This document shows positions 13,019 to 26,794 of a stretch of DNA of 64,000 nt, in pieces. The notes below the pieces were generated by a model, which made no database searches, was not told the DNA's origin, and saw only the letters and a list, made by a program, of their open reading frames with translations. The stretch covers positions 20,958,001-21,022,000 of the forward strand of contig CM075988.1 of assembly GCA_038087875.1 (NCBI GenBank), given 5' to 3'. Positions within the stretch are counted from its first letter, which is position 1. Every line of letters begins with the position of its first letter. The stretch comes from Malacoraja senta. Taxonomy: Eukaryota. The position numbers and the translations under genes were made by a program.

Positions 13019-14535
13019 CTCGACATACATACTCAAGTACAATCGGTGGAGCAAAGGGGAAAATAGTGCAGAATCTAATACACAGCATTGTAGCGCAGCA
13101 GTTCTATAGACAGAGTCCAAAGTCTGCATTGGGGTGGAGGTGAATCAGACAGTACTCATGCCTATGGATGGACTGTTCAGAAACTGATAACAGGGTGGAA
13201 GAAGCCCCTTTTGGCCAAGCTTGGACAAGCTCCTCTTGCACTTGACAAAACTACTCCTAAAGCTCTCACCATCTTGTCTAACAACCAACCATTTACTAAC
13301 TGCATCTTGAATATCCCGCTCCCCTCTTGTGAATGAAACTGCAGCTCCATTGCAATTTGTGGTGGTTGCGGGCTGACGCTGTTTGGTCATGAGTAGTGGC
13401 CCAAAGAGTCGTACCTTTTTCTGGTCGCCGCTGGATTTTCAACATTTTGAACATTTTCGGCAACCTGCTGCGACTATGACGGGTGCCGGCAAGTCACCGG
13501 AAAAATCGGGTAAGTGGGTCAGGCCCTGAACTCTACTCCTTGTGACTCCAACGTGGACTCGGGAATTTTCTTCAGACTCTTGTTGTATAGAACAGACTCT
13601 TTGATGCACATCTCTCTGCTCCTCTAAGTCCCATAGACTCCTTGCCTTTCCGTCACTGTTGGCCATGGACTGCAATCCAATGCCCCAGTTTATAGACGGA
13701 AGGATTTAGTGCGCAGTGTGTGGGTCCAGTTTCTAGACTCAGATATTTACGAACAATTCTGAGAGTGTTGCACCCTTCTGCTTGAGGTCCAGCTGAGGGT
13801 TTAATGAAGAACACAGCCACAAAATTACTGCTTAACAAATTCCATTAACGCAAAAACACCAAGCAAGAGGATTGTAGTTCCCCCATAAAAATATCTCAAA
13901 ACACTCAGGGTGTTAAAGTAATAAAAAGTTATTTTTACATTTAAACAGTTTATGTTATTTCAGTTTCTATCTTAATTATCTGGGGACAATCTAGTCTTTA
14001 TTTTGGAGGATGTCGAGTGTTTAAAATGCCGTGAAGTTCTGGCTTCCTGGCTGTTGTCAGGAAACTGATACTTGCTCTTTACCAATGCCAAGGAAAATAC
14101 AGGAAGGCATGGTGAAGTGGACCGCCAAAGGAGAGAGAGAGAAGAGAGAGGAAGAGAGAGGGAGAGAGAGGGAGAGAGATCGAGCAATGAATAGGTGTGA
14201 GATGGAAACAGAGTGTAGTGGCTTCCCAGTAGCTGATTTATCAGCTGGCGTCTTAACCATGATACAAGAGGCTGCAGATGCTGTAATCTGGAGCAAAATA
14301 CAAATTGCCGAAGCAACTCTGAGGGGTCAGGCAACACCTGTGGAGGCAAAGACATAGTTAGCATCTCGATTCAAGACCCTGCATTGGAAACACACCCTTC
14401 AGTCCAACTTGTCCAGGATGTCCATCTAAGGTAGTCCCAGTTGTTCATGTTTAACCCACATCTCTCTAAACCTGGTGTAGGAAGCATCTGCGGATGCTGG
14501 TTTACATCGAAGATGGGCACAAAATGCGGGAGTAA

Positions 14536-14774
14536 TCGGCCTGTCCCACTTTCACGACCTAATTCACTACCTTTTTTACTCGTGGCCATTTATCATCATG
14601 CTAGAAAAAAGGCCCCGACCTACTTGATGCCACGAGTACCTACGACTAGCGTCACGGCCTGCCAAGACCTACCTACGACCTCCTACGACCTTGTGACGAC
14701 CATGCTGCGAGTATGAGTGAAGGGCAAACTCGGCAGAGGTCGTGAATTAGGTTGTGGAAGTGGGACAGGACCTT
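14536..14774. mobile_element. PIF/Harbinger-type MITE, different interior, inserted in a Penelope repeat
   Basis: CCTGTCCCACTT ... AAGTGGGACAGG TIRs; splits the host string ggagtaa|ctcagcggg with TAA duplicated. Confidence 0.75.
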
Positions 14775-15678
14775 AACTCAGCGGGTCAGGCAGCATCTCT
14801 GGAGAAAAGAAATGAGTGACGTTTTGGTTCAAAGACCTCTTGTTTCCCAGATCCAGAGGATAGGACAGGTTTAGAAGGATATGTGCCAGGCGCGGGCAGG
14901 TGGGACTAGTGTAGTTGGGGCATGTTGCTCAGCGTGGGCAAGTTGGGCCAAAGGACCTGCTCCACGCTGTATGACTCCAAGAAGACCTTCACATCTTTTT
15001 CTTGCAATAGTTTCAATCCAATGATCCTTAGTTTAACAGGAATGGGATGCTTTGAGGTTTACTTTTAAGGGGTTGTTCAATCATCTTATATGCCATCTTA
15101 TATCATCTTATATGCCATTATAAACTCAAGAAACCATTTCTGAAAATCGCTTCCTTGCATCAAAGCTGAATGTCAGTTGCCGTAGAAAGGGCTGAAGGAG
15201 CAGGTTCCAGGTGAGTCCACATGTAAATCCCCAGCCGTTGATGAATGGTCCTCCACAGAAGAGAGAATGTAAACGCGATGGGAGCGCGTTAAAGGTCTGC
15301 AGTTCACTTCGTTCAAATCCAATAGTTTCACCAAACCAAAATCCGTGAAAAGATCAAACATAAATCTTCAGGCACCAGCTGGAATTTACACATCCAGAAA
15401 TGCTGAGTTGTCCAGAGCTGAAATAGAAACAAATCTTCCTAATTGTGAAGTGTTCAGCCATGGGGTCAGTAGATTTTAATAGTCGTTCTGCTTAATATCA
15501 GCCTGAGCTAACTTATTCCCAAGAGGGCAGACAAAAATGCTGGAGAAACTCAGCGGGTGAGGCAGCATCTGTGGAGCGAAGGAAATAGGCAACGTTTCGG
15601 GTCAAGACCCCTCTTCAGACTGATGTGAGGGGGGGGGGGCAGGAAGAAGAAAGGGGGCTCCCAAGAGGGCTCAGATTC

Positions 15679-15973
15679 CAGGCAGCGGGCGGTCGATGGC
15701 CGCACAGCGGTCGGCTGCCTGCCCCTTTTCCGGGGTTACGTCCGTGCCCGCGTGTCCCTAGAGAGGGAACACGCGGTGTCCACGGGGAATGTGGAGGCCT
15801 TCTGTGAACGCTGTTCACCGCAGGAGGTTGAATATATTATAGATAAAAATGTTAATATTTTAAAATGTTTTTTAAATTGTGTGAGCTTTCTACCCTTCCT
15901 TGTAAATTGTACATTTGTTTAAAAATCTAATAAAAAAAACATTTACGGGGAAAAAAAAAAAAAAAAAAAAAAA
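15679..15973 (+). mobile_element. Tx1/L1-type LINE 3' end with poly(A) tail and 16-bp TSD
   Basis: CLPLFRGYVRARV.LEREHAVSTG..EAF.ER; AATAAA, long A tail; TSD AAGAGGGCTCAGATTC at 15663-15678 and 15972-15987. Confidence 0.8.
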
Positions 15974-17469
15974 GAGGGCTCAGATTCTTTCAGAACCTAG
16001 CTGCGGTCTGTCATATCATCGCAATTGTAAACCTTGCATCTTGGAAGTGGCCCGATCATGGATAGTACGTTATGTGTGAGCCATCTCCACCATCAAATGG
16101 CACAACCTCACCCCATTTGTGCACATAGAGCCATATGGTATGGATCCAGGCCCTTCAGCCCAACTCGTCTATGCAGGCTTGAGAGGGAAATATTGAATGG
16201 CGGAGTAGACTCGATGGACTGAATGGCCTAATTCTGCTCCTATGACTTATGAGCATGAAGTTTATGATCTTCCTTATCCAGGTGTTTCACCTAAGGGGCA
16301 TGAACCCATAAACCATTGGTCATCAAATGATAAAGATTAAATGAACTCTATCTAGTTCAATATTGTAAGTTAACTGATTATGCCGTTGAATCTGAGCTAA
16401 GTAAGTCTAGGTACCTTTGGACTCACTCACTATATATCGTTTATATCAGGATAATCATGCATTATGTTCTCATTCCTGTGATGCTATGCCTGGTCAACAT
16501 TCTCTCATCATCTCCCTAGTTCCTGCCACGACCTTTGTTTAGTTTAGATCCTTGTTCATCAGGTACAGAAACAAACGTTGCATGAATTTGTTCTACACAA
16601 ACTTCTGAAATTCTGAGGAGGCATTTGCCGAAACAAACCTGAGCGGCACGGTGGTGCAGCGGCAGAGCTGCTGCCTTACAGCGCCAGAGACCCGGGTTCG
16701 ATCCTGAATACGGGTGATATCTGCACGGAGTTTGCACGTTCTCCCTGTGACTGCGTTGGTGCTCCGGTTTCCTCCCACATCCCAAAGACGTGCAGGGTTT
16801 GTAGGCCGATTGCCTTCCATGAATTGTCCCTGGTGCGTTGGAGAGAACTAGTGTACGGGTGATCGATGGTCAGCTCGGACTCGGTGGGCCAAAGGAATGG
16901 AATGGAATACTCTATTGTCACAGGTGACAAGGCACAGTGACATTCACTGTGAATGCCTTTTACCCAATGTATACAAATAGCGGCCACCTTCGGAGCTGAC
17001 AAAGTTACAAAGAACGGCGGCTGCTCTTTTTATTCTCCCCCCCCCTCCCCCCACAGTGGGCCCCCCACGCCAGGTCCCAAATGTTCTTTGTTCTCCCCAT
17101 TGCCCATTGTTACCCACCCCCCCACCCCCCTCATGGCAGTCACCCCACGCCGGATCCTCCACTGTTCTTCCCCCCTCCCTCCCAAAGGGCCTGCTTCCAC
17201 ACAGTATCTCTAAACCAAACTTGTTTTGAACTAAAGCAAAGACTTGGAAGTGGTTTGATCCAAGTTTTTTGGTGAGCTCAGTGAGGCAAAGCAGGTTATT
17301 TACCTTGGAGTGTCAATTCAAATCTGGCAAAGGAGAACATGAAACCATTCCAGTGTACAGCACAACCGGATGTAACCAGCTCCCCACATGAACACATGTC
17401 CAAACCGCTCGCTATTTGTGTAGAGAAGAAGTACCTGGTTGGGAATAGGAAATAATTTTATTCCTCGAG

Positions 17470-17830
17470 AAGCTTTACGAGGATGTTGCCAGGACTGGAG
17501 GGTCTGAGCTGTAGGCAGAGGTTGAGGAGGCTGGGACTCTATTCCTTGGAGCGCAGGAGGATGGGGGATAATCTTATAGAGGTGTATAAAATCATGAGAG
17601 GATTAGATTGGGTAAACGCACGGAGTCTCTTGCCCAGAGTAGGTGAATCGAGGACCAGAGGACATAGGTTTAAGGTGAAGGGGAAAAGATTTAATAGGAA
17701 TTTGAGGGGTAATTTTTTCACACCAAGGGGTGGTGGGTGTATGGACCAAGCTGCCAGAGGAGGTAGTTGAGGCTGGGACTATCCCAATGTTTAAGTAACA
17801 GTTAGACCGGCTTGGAGGGATATGGACAAA
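17470..17830 (+). mobile_element. CR1 LINE 3' fragment
   Basis: MLPGLEGLS...LGLYSLERRRM...ESRTRGHRFKVKG. Confidence 0.85.
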
Positions 17831-18504
17831 ATGCCAGGGTTACTTAAATATAGTGTTACAGCCAAAAAGTGCAGGTTCTATTTTTTTTTAAAGTGCAAGG
17901 GCAGCAGCCAGCAAGGTTGGAAGATCGGGAATTCAATTAACAACAGTGGAAGCTTTTACCTCAACTAGGATTGCATTTAACTTTAGAATCTGGTGGGGCA
18001 TGACTGCCTGCGAGCGAAAGGGAGCAGAGGATTGTCGCCAGTCTGATAAAGGTTACAGAGCATGCTGGATGAATATTATCTATTTTAACATTATCATTCT
18101 GTCTTCGACTACAAGTTGGATTAATGCAAGGCGTCTCCCATGCTTTGGAAATAGATCTGCCCAATGTCTGATTTACTTACCCTGTCAAAACTGAATTTAC
18201 CAGGCAGAAAATGCTGGAAAACCTAAGCCACGGGTGAATCATCCATGGATTTAGAGACAGAGTTACGATGTCAAGTTCATGAACTCTTCCCGAATGTTTG
18301 GTTGACCTGATTTTCTGGGAAATAGCAGGAACATTCGGAAGGGTCTCGACCCGAAACGTCACCCATTCCTTCTCTCCAGAGATGCTGGCCGTCCCGCTGA
18401 GTTACTCCAGCTTTTTGTGTCTATCTTCGGAATATGTCGGGCTCTGCCTGCGGCAAGGTCTTGTACAATTCCCGCAGTAGCTGCTGGGCAGTAAACCGAT
18501 TAAT

Positions 18505-18715
18505 GTGCAGGAAGGAACTGCAGATGCTGGTTTGCTCCGAAGATAGACACAAAAGGCTGGAGTAACTCAGCGGGACAGGCAGCGTCTCTGGAGAGAAGGA
18601 ATGGGTGACGTTTCGGGTCGAGACCCTTCTTCACCCGAAACGTCACCTATTTCTTTTCTCCAGAGATGCTGTCTGACCCGTTGAGTTACTCCAGCTTTTT
18701 GTGTCTATCTTCGGG
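18505..18715. repeat. Inverted (hairpin) pair of Penelope pLTR-derived repeats
   Basis: Minus-strand arm ~18505-18633 followed by plus-strand arm ~18634-18713. Similar hairpins at 20605-20850, 27895-28118, 28495-28638, 36742-36869 and 43088-43200. Confidence 0.75.
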
Positions 18716-19544
18716 GGAAAACGGATTAACATACAGTATATATAAAAAAGAATGAGGAACACATCATTTCCAAGCTTTCAAATGAAAGGCAAACACGGCT
18801 CCCAAATGGTTTTCTTCAATCAGCTGGAGTCCATTTGCAGCTACAAGGCCCATTGAATCTCTATTTCAGAGTAGCAGCCACATCAAAAGCTTAGCAATGA
18901 ACTGTTGGTCAGGCAGGGACTTAAATCTTTCATTATCATACAGCAACCTCAGCTAAATACCAGCTGAATATATGATATGTGCTCGAGAATCTATCGCCTG
19001 GTACTGTGGGGTCATCATACTAAAAGCAGATATATTTTAAAAATATCTATAAATGTGTCATAGGCCTTGAAATGTAATCATTGCCCCCTGGTAAATGGCT
19101 AAGTGTATGTTTATCTACACTGGAGTGGGCTTGATATTGATTCTTCGGCTGTGGATAAAATGGTGCACAGTGGGAGCATGGACTAAACAGTGGGATTGTG
19201 GAATACATTTTACAAAAAGGAGGAAAAGTGGAATAATTTCACTTTATTCCACAGAAATCAGTGCAAAGCGTTCCTTCCTTCATTATTTACATTTCTCCCC
19301 TTTTCCTCCATTAAGCGACCTATTCCGAAAAGGTGATTCTAGCTATGGCCTTTAGTTTTGCCGTAGAAAACCTTTATGATTTCGCCTAGTTTCGAGATAC
19401 AACGCGGAAACAGGCCACCGAGACCGCGCCAACCAGCGATCCCCGCACACCAGCACTACCCTGCACACACTGGGGACAATTTACAACTTTACCGAAGCCA
19501 ATTAACGTACAAACCCGTACGTCTTTGGTGTGTGGGAGGAAACA

Positions 19545-19990
19545 GGATAAAATTATAAAAGGACTGGACAGGATAGATGCAAGAAAAATGTTCCCAATGA
19601 TGGGGGAGTCCAGTACCAGGGGCCACAATCTAAGAATAAAGGGGAGGCCATTTAAAACTGAGATGATGAGAAAAAACGTTTTCACCCAGAGTTGTGAATT
19701 TGTGGAATTCTCTGCCACAGAGGGCAGTGGAGGCTAATTCACTGGATGAATTTAAAAGAGAATTAGATAGAGCTCTAGGGAGTAGCGGAATCGGGGGGAT
19801 ATGGATGAATTAAAAAAGATAATTAGATAGAGCTCTAGGGAGTAGCGGAATCAGGGGATATGGGGAGAAGGCAGGCACGGGTTACTGATTGTGGATGATC
19901 AGCCATGATCACAATGAATGGCGGTGCTGGCTCGAAGGGCCAACAAATGGCCTCCTCCTGCACCTATTTTCTAGGTTTCTATGTTTCTAT
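19545..19990 (+). mobile_element. CR1 LINE 3' fragment with internal ~59-bp tandem duplication
   Basis: KIIKGLDRIDARKMFP...; ggatgaatt..agaattagatagagctctagggagtagcggaatc repeated at ~19744 and ~19803; ttctatg tail. Confidence 0.85.
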
Positions 19991-20761
19991 CCCGGAGAAA
20001 ACCCATGCGGTCACACGGAGAATGTAGACACTCTGTACAGACAGCACCCGTAGTCAGGATTGAACCCGGGTCTCTGGCGCTGCAAGGCGGCAACTCTACC
20101 ACTACGCCACCGTGCCACCCGATGTTAAACAAACGCTTGTTTAAAATGTTAAGCTTGCAAGAGTCTCGGGTAAATGTCACAGTGCAAAGCCTGCAGTGAA
20201 GGAGGCGGAGTCCAGTGCTGTGATTTACTGTTCTACTGCTGCCCTGTGCTCCCCTCTACTGGGCAAGATTCAACATCATTAATGTTAACATTTAAAAATC
20301 ACAACGCGCTCTTTTCTACTTAGGGATCACTTTTCTAATTAGAGATCACTGATGCAACACTGGACACAGTGGGCACTATCCAAGACTGACCTCATAACAT
20401 TTCCAAGCAAATTCCTGGACCACCTTGGAAAGAAGAATCAACCTCCTTCATGCATTGAAAAGCTGGCCAAGCCTCATCATAGCCAGTGACACATTTAATG
20501 AAGGCTGCTCGCTGTTTAATGCAGAAAGCACAACAGAACAGCGAACAAGCAGAATGCTCAACGGAACAGCGAATTTGCACTCCTACGAACACCATCGTAG
20601 TAATGTGTAGAAAGGAACTGCAGATGCAGGTTTATGCCAAAGATAGACACAAAGTGCTGGAGGAACTCAGCGGATCAGGCAGCATCTCTGGAGAAAAAGG
20701 ATGGGTGACGTTTCAGGTTGAGACACTTCTTCAGAATGGTCTGCAGTCAGATATCTGCAGT

Positions 20762-20789
20762 CTGAAGAAGGGTCCCGACCCGAAACGTC
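20762..20789 (+). ncRNA. Minimal type-I hammerhead ribozyme core in a Penelope-derived repeat (representative copy)
   Basis: CTGAAGA-A-GGGTC-CC-GACCC-GAAA-CG-TC: CUGANGA box, stem II, GAAA box, loopless stem III, NUH site. Minimal HHRs are a known feature of Penelope-like pLTRs. Confidence 0.6.
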
Positions 20790-21794
20790 CCTCTTCCTTT
20801 TTCTCCAGAGATGCTGCCTGTTCAGTTGAGTTACTCCAGCACTCTGTGTCAAACCACTGTAGTAATGTCCAGATCATCTCTTCAGTAATGTTGATTGATA
20901 AATATTGGCTACTGTGCCAAAGTCATCATGAGAGGCAAGGGAGGAGGTTGCGAGGGATGCAAGAAACTGCAGATGATGGAATCTTAAGCGGAAAAGAAAC
21001 TGCCGGAGTACCTGAGGAAGTCAGGCAGCATCTGTGGAAGGAATGAATAGACAACGTTTTGGGTCAGGACCCTTCTTCAGGCGATGTTTCGGGTCAGGAC
21101 CAGATGTCGCCTGGACTTGAGGGCCTGTGCTGATGTTGCCAGGACTTGAGGGTCTGTGATATTGGGAGAGGTTGGAGGAGATGACTGTGTTGAACGCTGA
21201 GCTGTAGTTGATGAACAGCAGCCTGACATATTTGTCCCTGTCATACAGATGGTCTCCGAGTGAGATATCAGCAGCCGTTGATGATAAGCAAACCCCTTCC
21301 ATCATGGGTGAGAGACATCGGGCGCTCCGCGCATACATATGAATAATACCGCCAACACGTTTGTAAGTAGTGCGCCCTGCTGAGGTGCAGTGGATGATAG
21401 AAGTGAACAAGATACACTTACATGTGCATGAGACACATACACTGGCCCTTTGGCTGGGAATCTGAGAAATGTAAAGAAAACCCTGGAGACAGGCTGGTAC
21501 ATTAATGTGAGCCACAGGCCTACTGTACTTGCACCATAATCCAACATGAACAAGATGCAAAACACAGTTAGATTTCAATGTTAGAAAAAATGCCTCCAAG
21601 CTTTTTACAAAACTGTCTGGTGCATGACTTTTAGTGGACATGCAGGGTATGGAGGGATATGGGTTATGTGCAGGAAGATAAGTGATGGTCTTGGCATCAT
21701 GTTCGGCACAGACATTGTGGGCCGAAGGGCCTGTTCTTGTGCAGTACTATTCTATGTTCTTAATCCTTATTTTCTTGCACGTTCTCGGTCTGTT

Positions 21795-22110
21795 TAGTTT
21801 AGTTAAGTTTAGAGATACAGCGAGGAAACAGGCCCTCGGCCCGTCGGGTCCGCGCCGACCAGCGATCCCCGCACATTAACACTATCCTACACACAGTAGG
21901 GACAATGTTTACACATACACCAAGCCAATTAACCTGCAAACCTGTACGTCTTTGGAGTATGGGAGGAAGCCGAAGATCTCGGAGAAAACCCACGCAGGTC
22001 ACGGGGAGAATGTACAAACTCCGTACAGACAGCACCCGTAGTCGGGATCGAACCCAGGTCTCCGGCGCTGCATTCGCTGTAAGGCAGCAACTCTACCGCT
22101 GCGCCACCGC
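21795..22110 (-). mobile_element. HE1/V-SINE-type tRNA-derived SINE (representative full copy)
   Basis: Box A GGTGGCGCAGCGGTAGAG, box B GGTTCGATCC, conserved central ttcctcccac..ccaaagac domain, CR1-like tail ending (aaact)n. Confidence 0.85.
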
Positions 22111-25100
22111 GACCATCTGTTGTCGGGTGCACTGAACTAACACATCTTTCCGCCAGCATGGAGTAGTGTAAACCTGGAGTTGGAATTCTACCTGACCCCT
22201 GACATGAGGATTTGTGAAACAATCATATCTGGATCTGTGTGTGAATCATTTTCCGAAGCGCAGTGGTTGTGTTAGTGGTAACGTCTTGATTAGTACGGGT
22301 GTCAGTGGTTATGGGGAGAAGGCAGGAGAATGGGGATGAGAGGGAAAGATAGATCAGCCAGGATTGAATGGTGTAGTAGACATGAAGGGCCAAATGGCCA
22401 AATTCTGCTCCTATCACATGACCTTATGACTAATCAAGAATCTATCTATCTCTGCCTTAAAAATATACACTGATGTTGCCTCCACAGCCTTCTGCGGCAA
22501 GGAATTCCACAGATTCACCACCCTCTGACTAAAGACATTTCTCCTCATCTCCTTCCTAAAAGAACCTCCTTTAATTTACATTGACAAGGACCTCTGGGGT
22601 GTCTGGTCTGTGACAGATTCTCTGCAATTTCTTGCGGTCTTGGACAGAGCTGATTGAACTACAACCCCCAACAGCTCCTTCTGTTTGCATTCCGACTTTG
22701 GAGCGGAATTGGGCAGCTGAAATATCCACAGCCTCCCTCCATTCCCGCCACCAGGGGGCGCCGCACGATTGGCAGCCCCGCCAACAGTCTGTCTGTTTTT
22801 TCAGCTTTTTTTTTCTCATTTTTAGTGTGTGTTAAAAGTTTGTGTAAATGTTCGCCGGTCTGTTTTATGTGGGGAGAGGAGGAGGGGGTCGGGGGAGACT
22901 TTTTTTTCGGTTTCTTACCTTGCCGGAGATGTGATTGTTTTCCGGATCGCATCTCTGGTCGCTCTGCGGCCTAACATCCATGGAGCTGGAGGCCTCCTCA
23001 GACTGACCTTGGGCCCCACCATGGTGCGTGGACTTAACATCGGAGTTGATCCCTTGCCTGGGATCGCCTGTGGACTTTACCATCGTGAGCTCGCAGTCTC
23101 GGGAGAGACCAGGCGTTGTCAGGAGCTCCAACGACGCAGAGGTTCGACCCCGGGTCCGATCGCCGGCGCGTGGGAGCTGACATCCCCCCCCCGATGCAGG
23201 AGCTGAACGCCCCGATGAGGAGGGCTCGACCGCCAGCTTCGGGAGTCAAAGCTTGAGGCCCACAACCACGGGAGAGCAAAGAAGGGAAGAGGTGTGAACT
23301 TTTTTTCGCCTTCCATCACAGTGATAAATATGGAGGAGTCACTGTGGTGGATGTTTATGTTAAAATGTATTTTGTGTGTTCCGTTGCTTTTTATTTGTAT
23401 GACTGACTTGGCAAATGAAATTCTTCGTATGTTGCAAAACATACTTGGCTAATAACGTATTATTGTGATTAAAGTCCTAGTCGTGTTTGCAACCCCATTC
23501 ATGCCCCAGTGAGGAACAGCTGTGTGGGAGAGAGAGAGCAACATTACAGCACTGCCAGTTTAATTGAGCTATTTAATTGAGTTAAATCAAATCCATGCAA
23601 TTACTTTAAAGGGTTTTCCAGTTTTTTTGAAGTGTTTTATTTTCACCACTTTCTAATGAGTTTTGAGACATCAGAATCAACTCTTACTTTTTAAGAGTTC
23701 TCGAATATTTTTGAATATTTCTGAAATGTCTGGTGGGTGGTTGAGCCCAGGCAGGGGTATCCTACACCCACTGCGGATAGACACAGAAAGCTGGAGTAAC
23801 TCAGCGGGACAGGCCGCATCTCTGGAGAGAAGGAATGGGTGACGTTTCGAGTCGAGCCTTCTTCAGACTGGTTAGGGATAAGGGGAACGAGAGGTAGAAT
23901 CGGCGGTGATGTGGAGAGGTAAAGGGCAATGAATGAAAGATAGGAAAAAAAGTAACGATGATGAAGGAAACTGGCCATTGTTAGCTGTTTGTAGGGTGAA
24001 AATGAGAAGCTGGTGCGACTTGGGTGGGGGGTAGGGGGGATAGAGAGAGAGAGAGGGAATGCCGGGGCCACCTGAAGTGAGAGCAATTTCTCACCCACTG
24101 TGGATGTATGCTACTCACAGTCTTGCCGGTGGACCTGGAAGGTTTTCACCAGTGGACTCCTTCAAGAGAAGGGTAGATTTAATAGGCACTAGACTAAGTG
24201 GGACCCGTTGGACCCAAAAGTAAGAGTTGATTCTGATGTCTCAAAACTCATTAGAAAACATTGAAAATAAAACACTTCAAAAAAACTGGAAAACCCTTTA
24301 TTCCACCTCTCCAATATTCCACCTCTCCACCAATTCCAATATTGGTGGCCAGTGGGGGGGGGGGGGGGGGCTTTCTGGAACGCTACTCTGGGTGTTGTGG
24401 GGCTGAAGGGACTGGTTTCCAGAGGGCTAGTATGGACATTGTGGGCCGAATGGATTCTTGGGCTGGCGGCTCAGTCACTGATGTGCTGGCCGCTCACTCA
24501 CTCACGGCTGGTGGGCTGGCAGTTGACTCACAATTCCATTTCAAGCAGGATGCAAGGCCGCCAAGTGCAAGTGCATAGATAGAGAGAGAGAGGGAATGCC
24601 GGGGCTACCTGAAGTGAGAGCAATTTCTCACCCACTGCGGATGCACGCTACTCACAGATTTGCCGAGGAACCTGGAAGGTTTTCACCAGTGGACTCCTTC
24701 AAGAGAAGGGTAGATGTAATAGGCATGAGTTGCGGTGGCTGATGAATTGATAGCCCTGGTCTGAGCTGGTGGCCGGGGGTGGGGCGAGGATCGGCGGAGG
24801 CAATGTTCACGCTGCCGGAGTGCCGGTGAGGGTCGGTGGCGACGGCGGCAGGGAATCCCACAGATTCACCGCCCTCTGAAGCCACAGGGGAGGCGGTGCT
24901 AGCCGGGGGAGGGCGGGGGGCATGTGATAGGTGTAGAATTAGGCCATTCAGCCCATCAAGTCTACTCCACCATTCAATTCATGGCTGATCTATCTCTCCC
25001 TCCTAACCCCATTATCCTGCCTTCTCCCCTTAACCTCTGCCACCCGTACTAATCAAGAATCTATCTATCTCTGCCTAAAATAATATCCACTGACTTGGCC

Positions 25101-26702
25101 TCCACAACCTTTCGTGGCTTCTACATCTTGTACACTGTAATAAGGTCACACCTCAGCCTCCCACACTACAAAGGAAACAATCCCAGCCTATCCAACCTCT
25201 CCCTATCACTCAAGCTCAGGTAATATCCTGGTGAATGTTTTCTGCACTCATTCTAACTTAATGACATCTTTCCCATAGCTGAGTGAGCAGGATGCACACA
25301 GAAAAGAGGTTAGACTGTACGTTCCATAAAGATCAATTAAAAATTCAGACTTCTGAAGTAGGGCTCGACCGGAAATGTCACCCATTCCTTCTCTCAAGAT
25401 ATGTTGCCTGTCCCGCTGAGTTACTCCAGCATTTTGTGTCTATTAAAGGTTAGCTTTACTTTAGATACAGTGTAAATACTGGCCTTTCAGCTCACCAAGT
25501 GCACGGCTACCAACAATCACCCCGTACACTTGCACTATCCTACACACTAGGGGCAATTTACAATTTTACCAAAGCCAATTAACCCAATTAACCTACAAAA
25601 CTGTACGTCTTTGGAGTGTGGGAGGACACTGCAGCGCCCGGAGAAAACCCACGTGGACATAAGGAGAATGGGCAAACTCTACACAGACAGCACCCGTAGT
25701 CAGGATCGAACCCGGGTCTCTAGGCAGCAACTCCACCGCTGCATCATGGGGTCGCCCCTATCTTCGCGATTTGCGATTTGTTTTACTAGCACAGCGCAAT
25801 TTTCCGGAAACATGTCTAAAAGTAGTGATCATTGGAAGAGGTAAAAGGTTTAGAGAGGATATTATGCAGTGTGATTTGTTCAACCATTTGAAAGTCAGCC
25901 ATTGATCGAGGTCCAGAGTCATATGCTGGCCAGACTAGGTAAAGGCAGCTGATTTCCTCCATTTAAGAACATCCATGAATTCGATGGGCCTTAACTTCAT
26001 CCCTGATCATCCCTCAGCCTACTGATCTCCAAGGAACAAAGTCCTCGCCTGCTCAACCTCTCCCTATAGCTCAGGCACTTGAGTCCTTGTAAATCTCTGC
26101 ATTCTTTCCAGCGAATGGCAGGATGGTCATTATTAAAGCACACCATTCCTTTTCAGAAGTTTTAGCTATTGCTATCTTGCCTTGTTATGGACAGATCTAT
26201 CATGAGAACAAATCTCGGGGCTGCTGGTTCAATAACCACTGCTCTACCAACCAGGGCAGCACGGTGGCGCAACGTTGGTGTTGCTGTCTCACAGCGCTAG
26301 AGACCCCTGTACGATCCTGACCACGGGTACTGTCTGTACAGAGTTTGTACGTTCTCCCCATGACCTGCGTGGGTTTTCCCCGGGTGCTCCAGTTTCCTCC
26401 CACACTCCAAAGACGCACAGATTTTGTAGGCTAATTGGCTTCGATAGAATTGTAAATTGTCCCTAGTGTGTGGGGATCGCTGGTCGGCGCAGACTCAGTG
26501 GACCGAAGGACTTTTCCGTGCTGTATCTCTAAACTAAATTAAACATCTGAGCGGTGGACATTTGGAGCATGGAAAACATAAAAGGTTCCTGACCGCTCTT
26601 GAGATGGTTCAAAACCAGTGCTCAAAGATTCCGCTGTGAAACTGGTAGGTGTTCAATAATGAAGCGCTTGCCACCCTGAATGAATGTTGCCTCATGAGTG
26701 TA

Positions 26703-26794
26703 AACAGGAAACTGTGGTGTCACCAAAAACAGCTCCAGTTAATGTCATTGGTGTGTGCTAACAGTTTCCTGTTAATGCTGAAACCATATAAAAA
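26703..26794 (+). promoter_or_regulatory. Putative promoter of the dispanin gene: TATA box plus inverted GGAAAC-containing motif pair
   Basis: TATAAAAA at 26787-26794, about 90 bp upstream of the ATG. AACAGGAAACTGT (26703-26715) and its exact reverse complement ACAGTTTCCTGTT (26761-26773). Confidence 0.6.

Noticed and set aside
20486..21641. 186-aa and 206-aa ORFs
   Set aside because: Chimeric read-through of Penelope, CR1 and Rex1 fragments.
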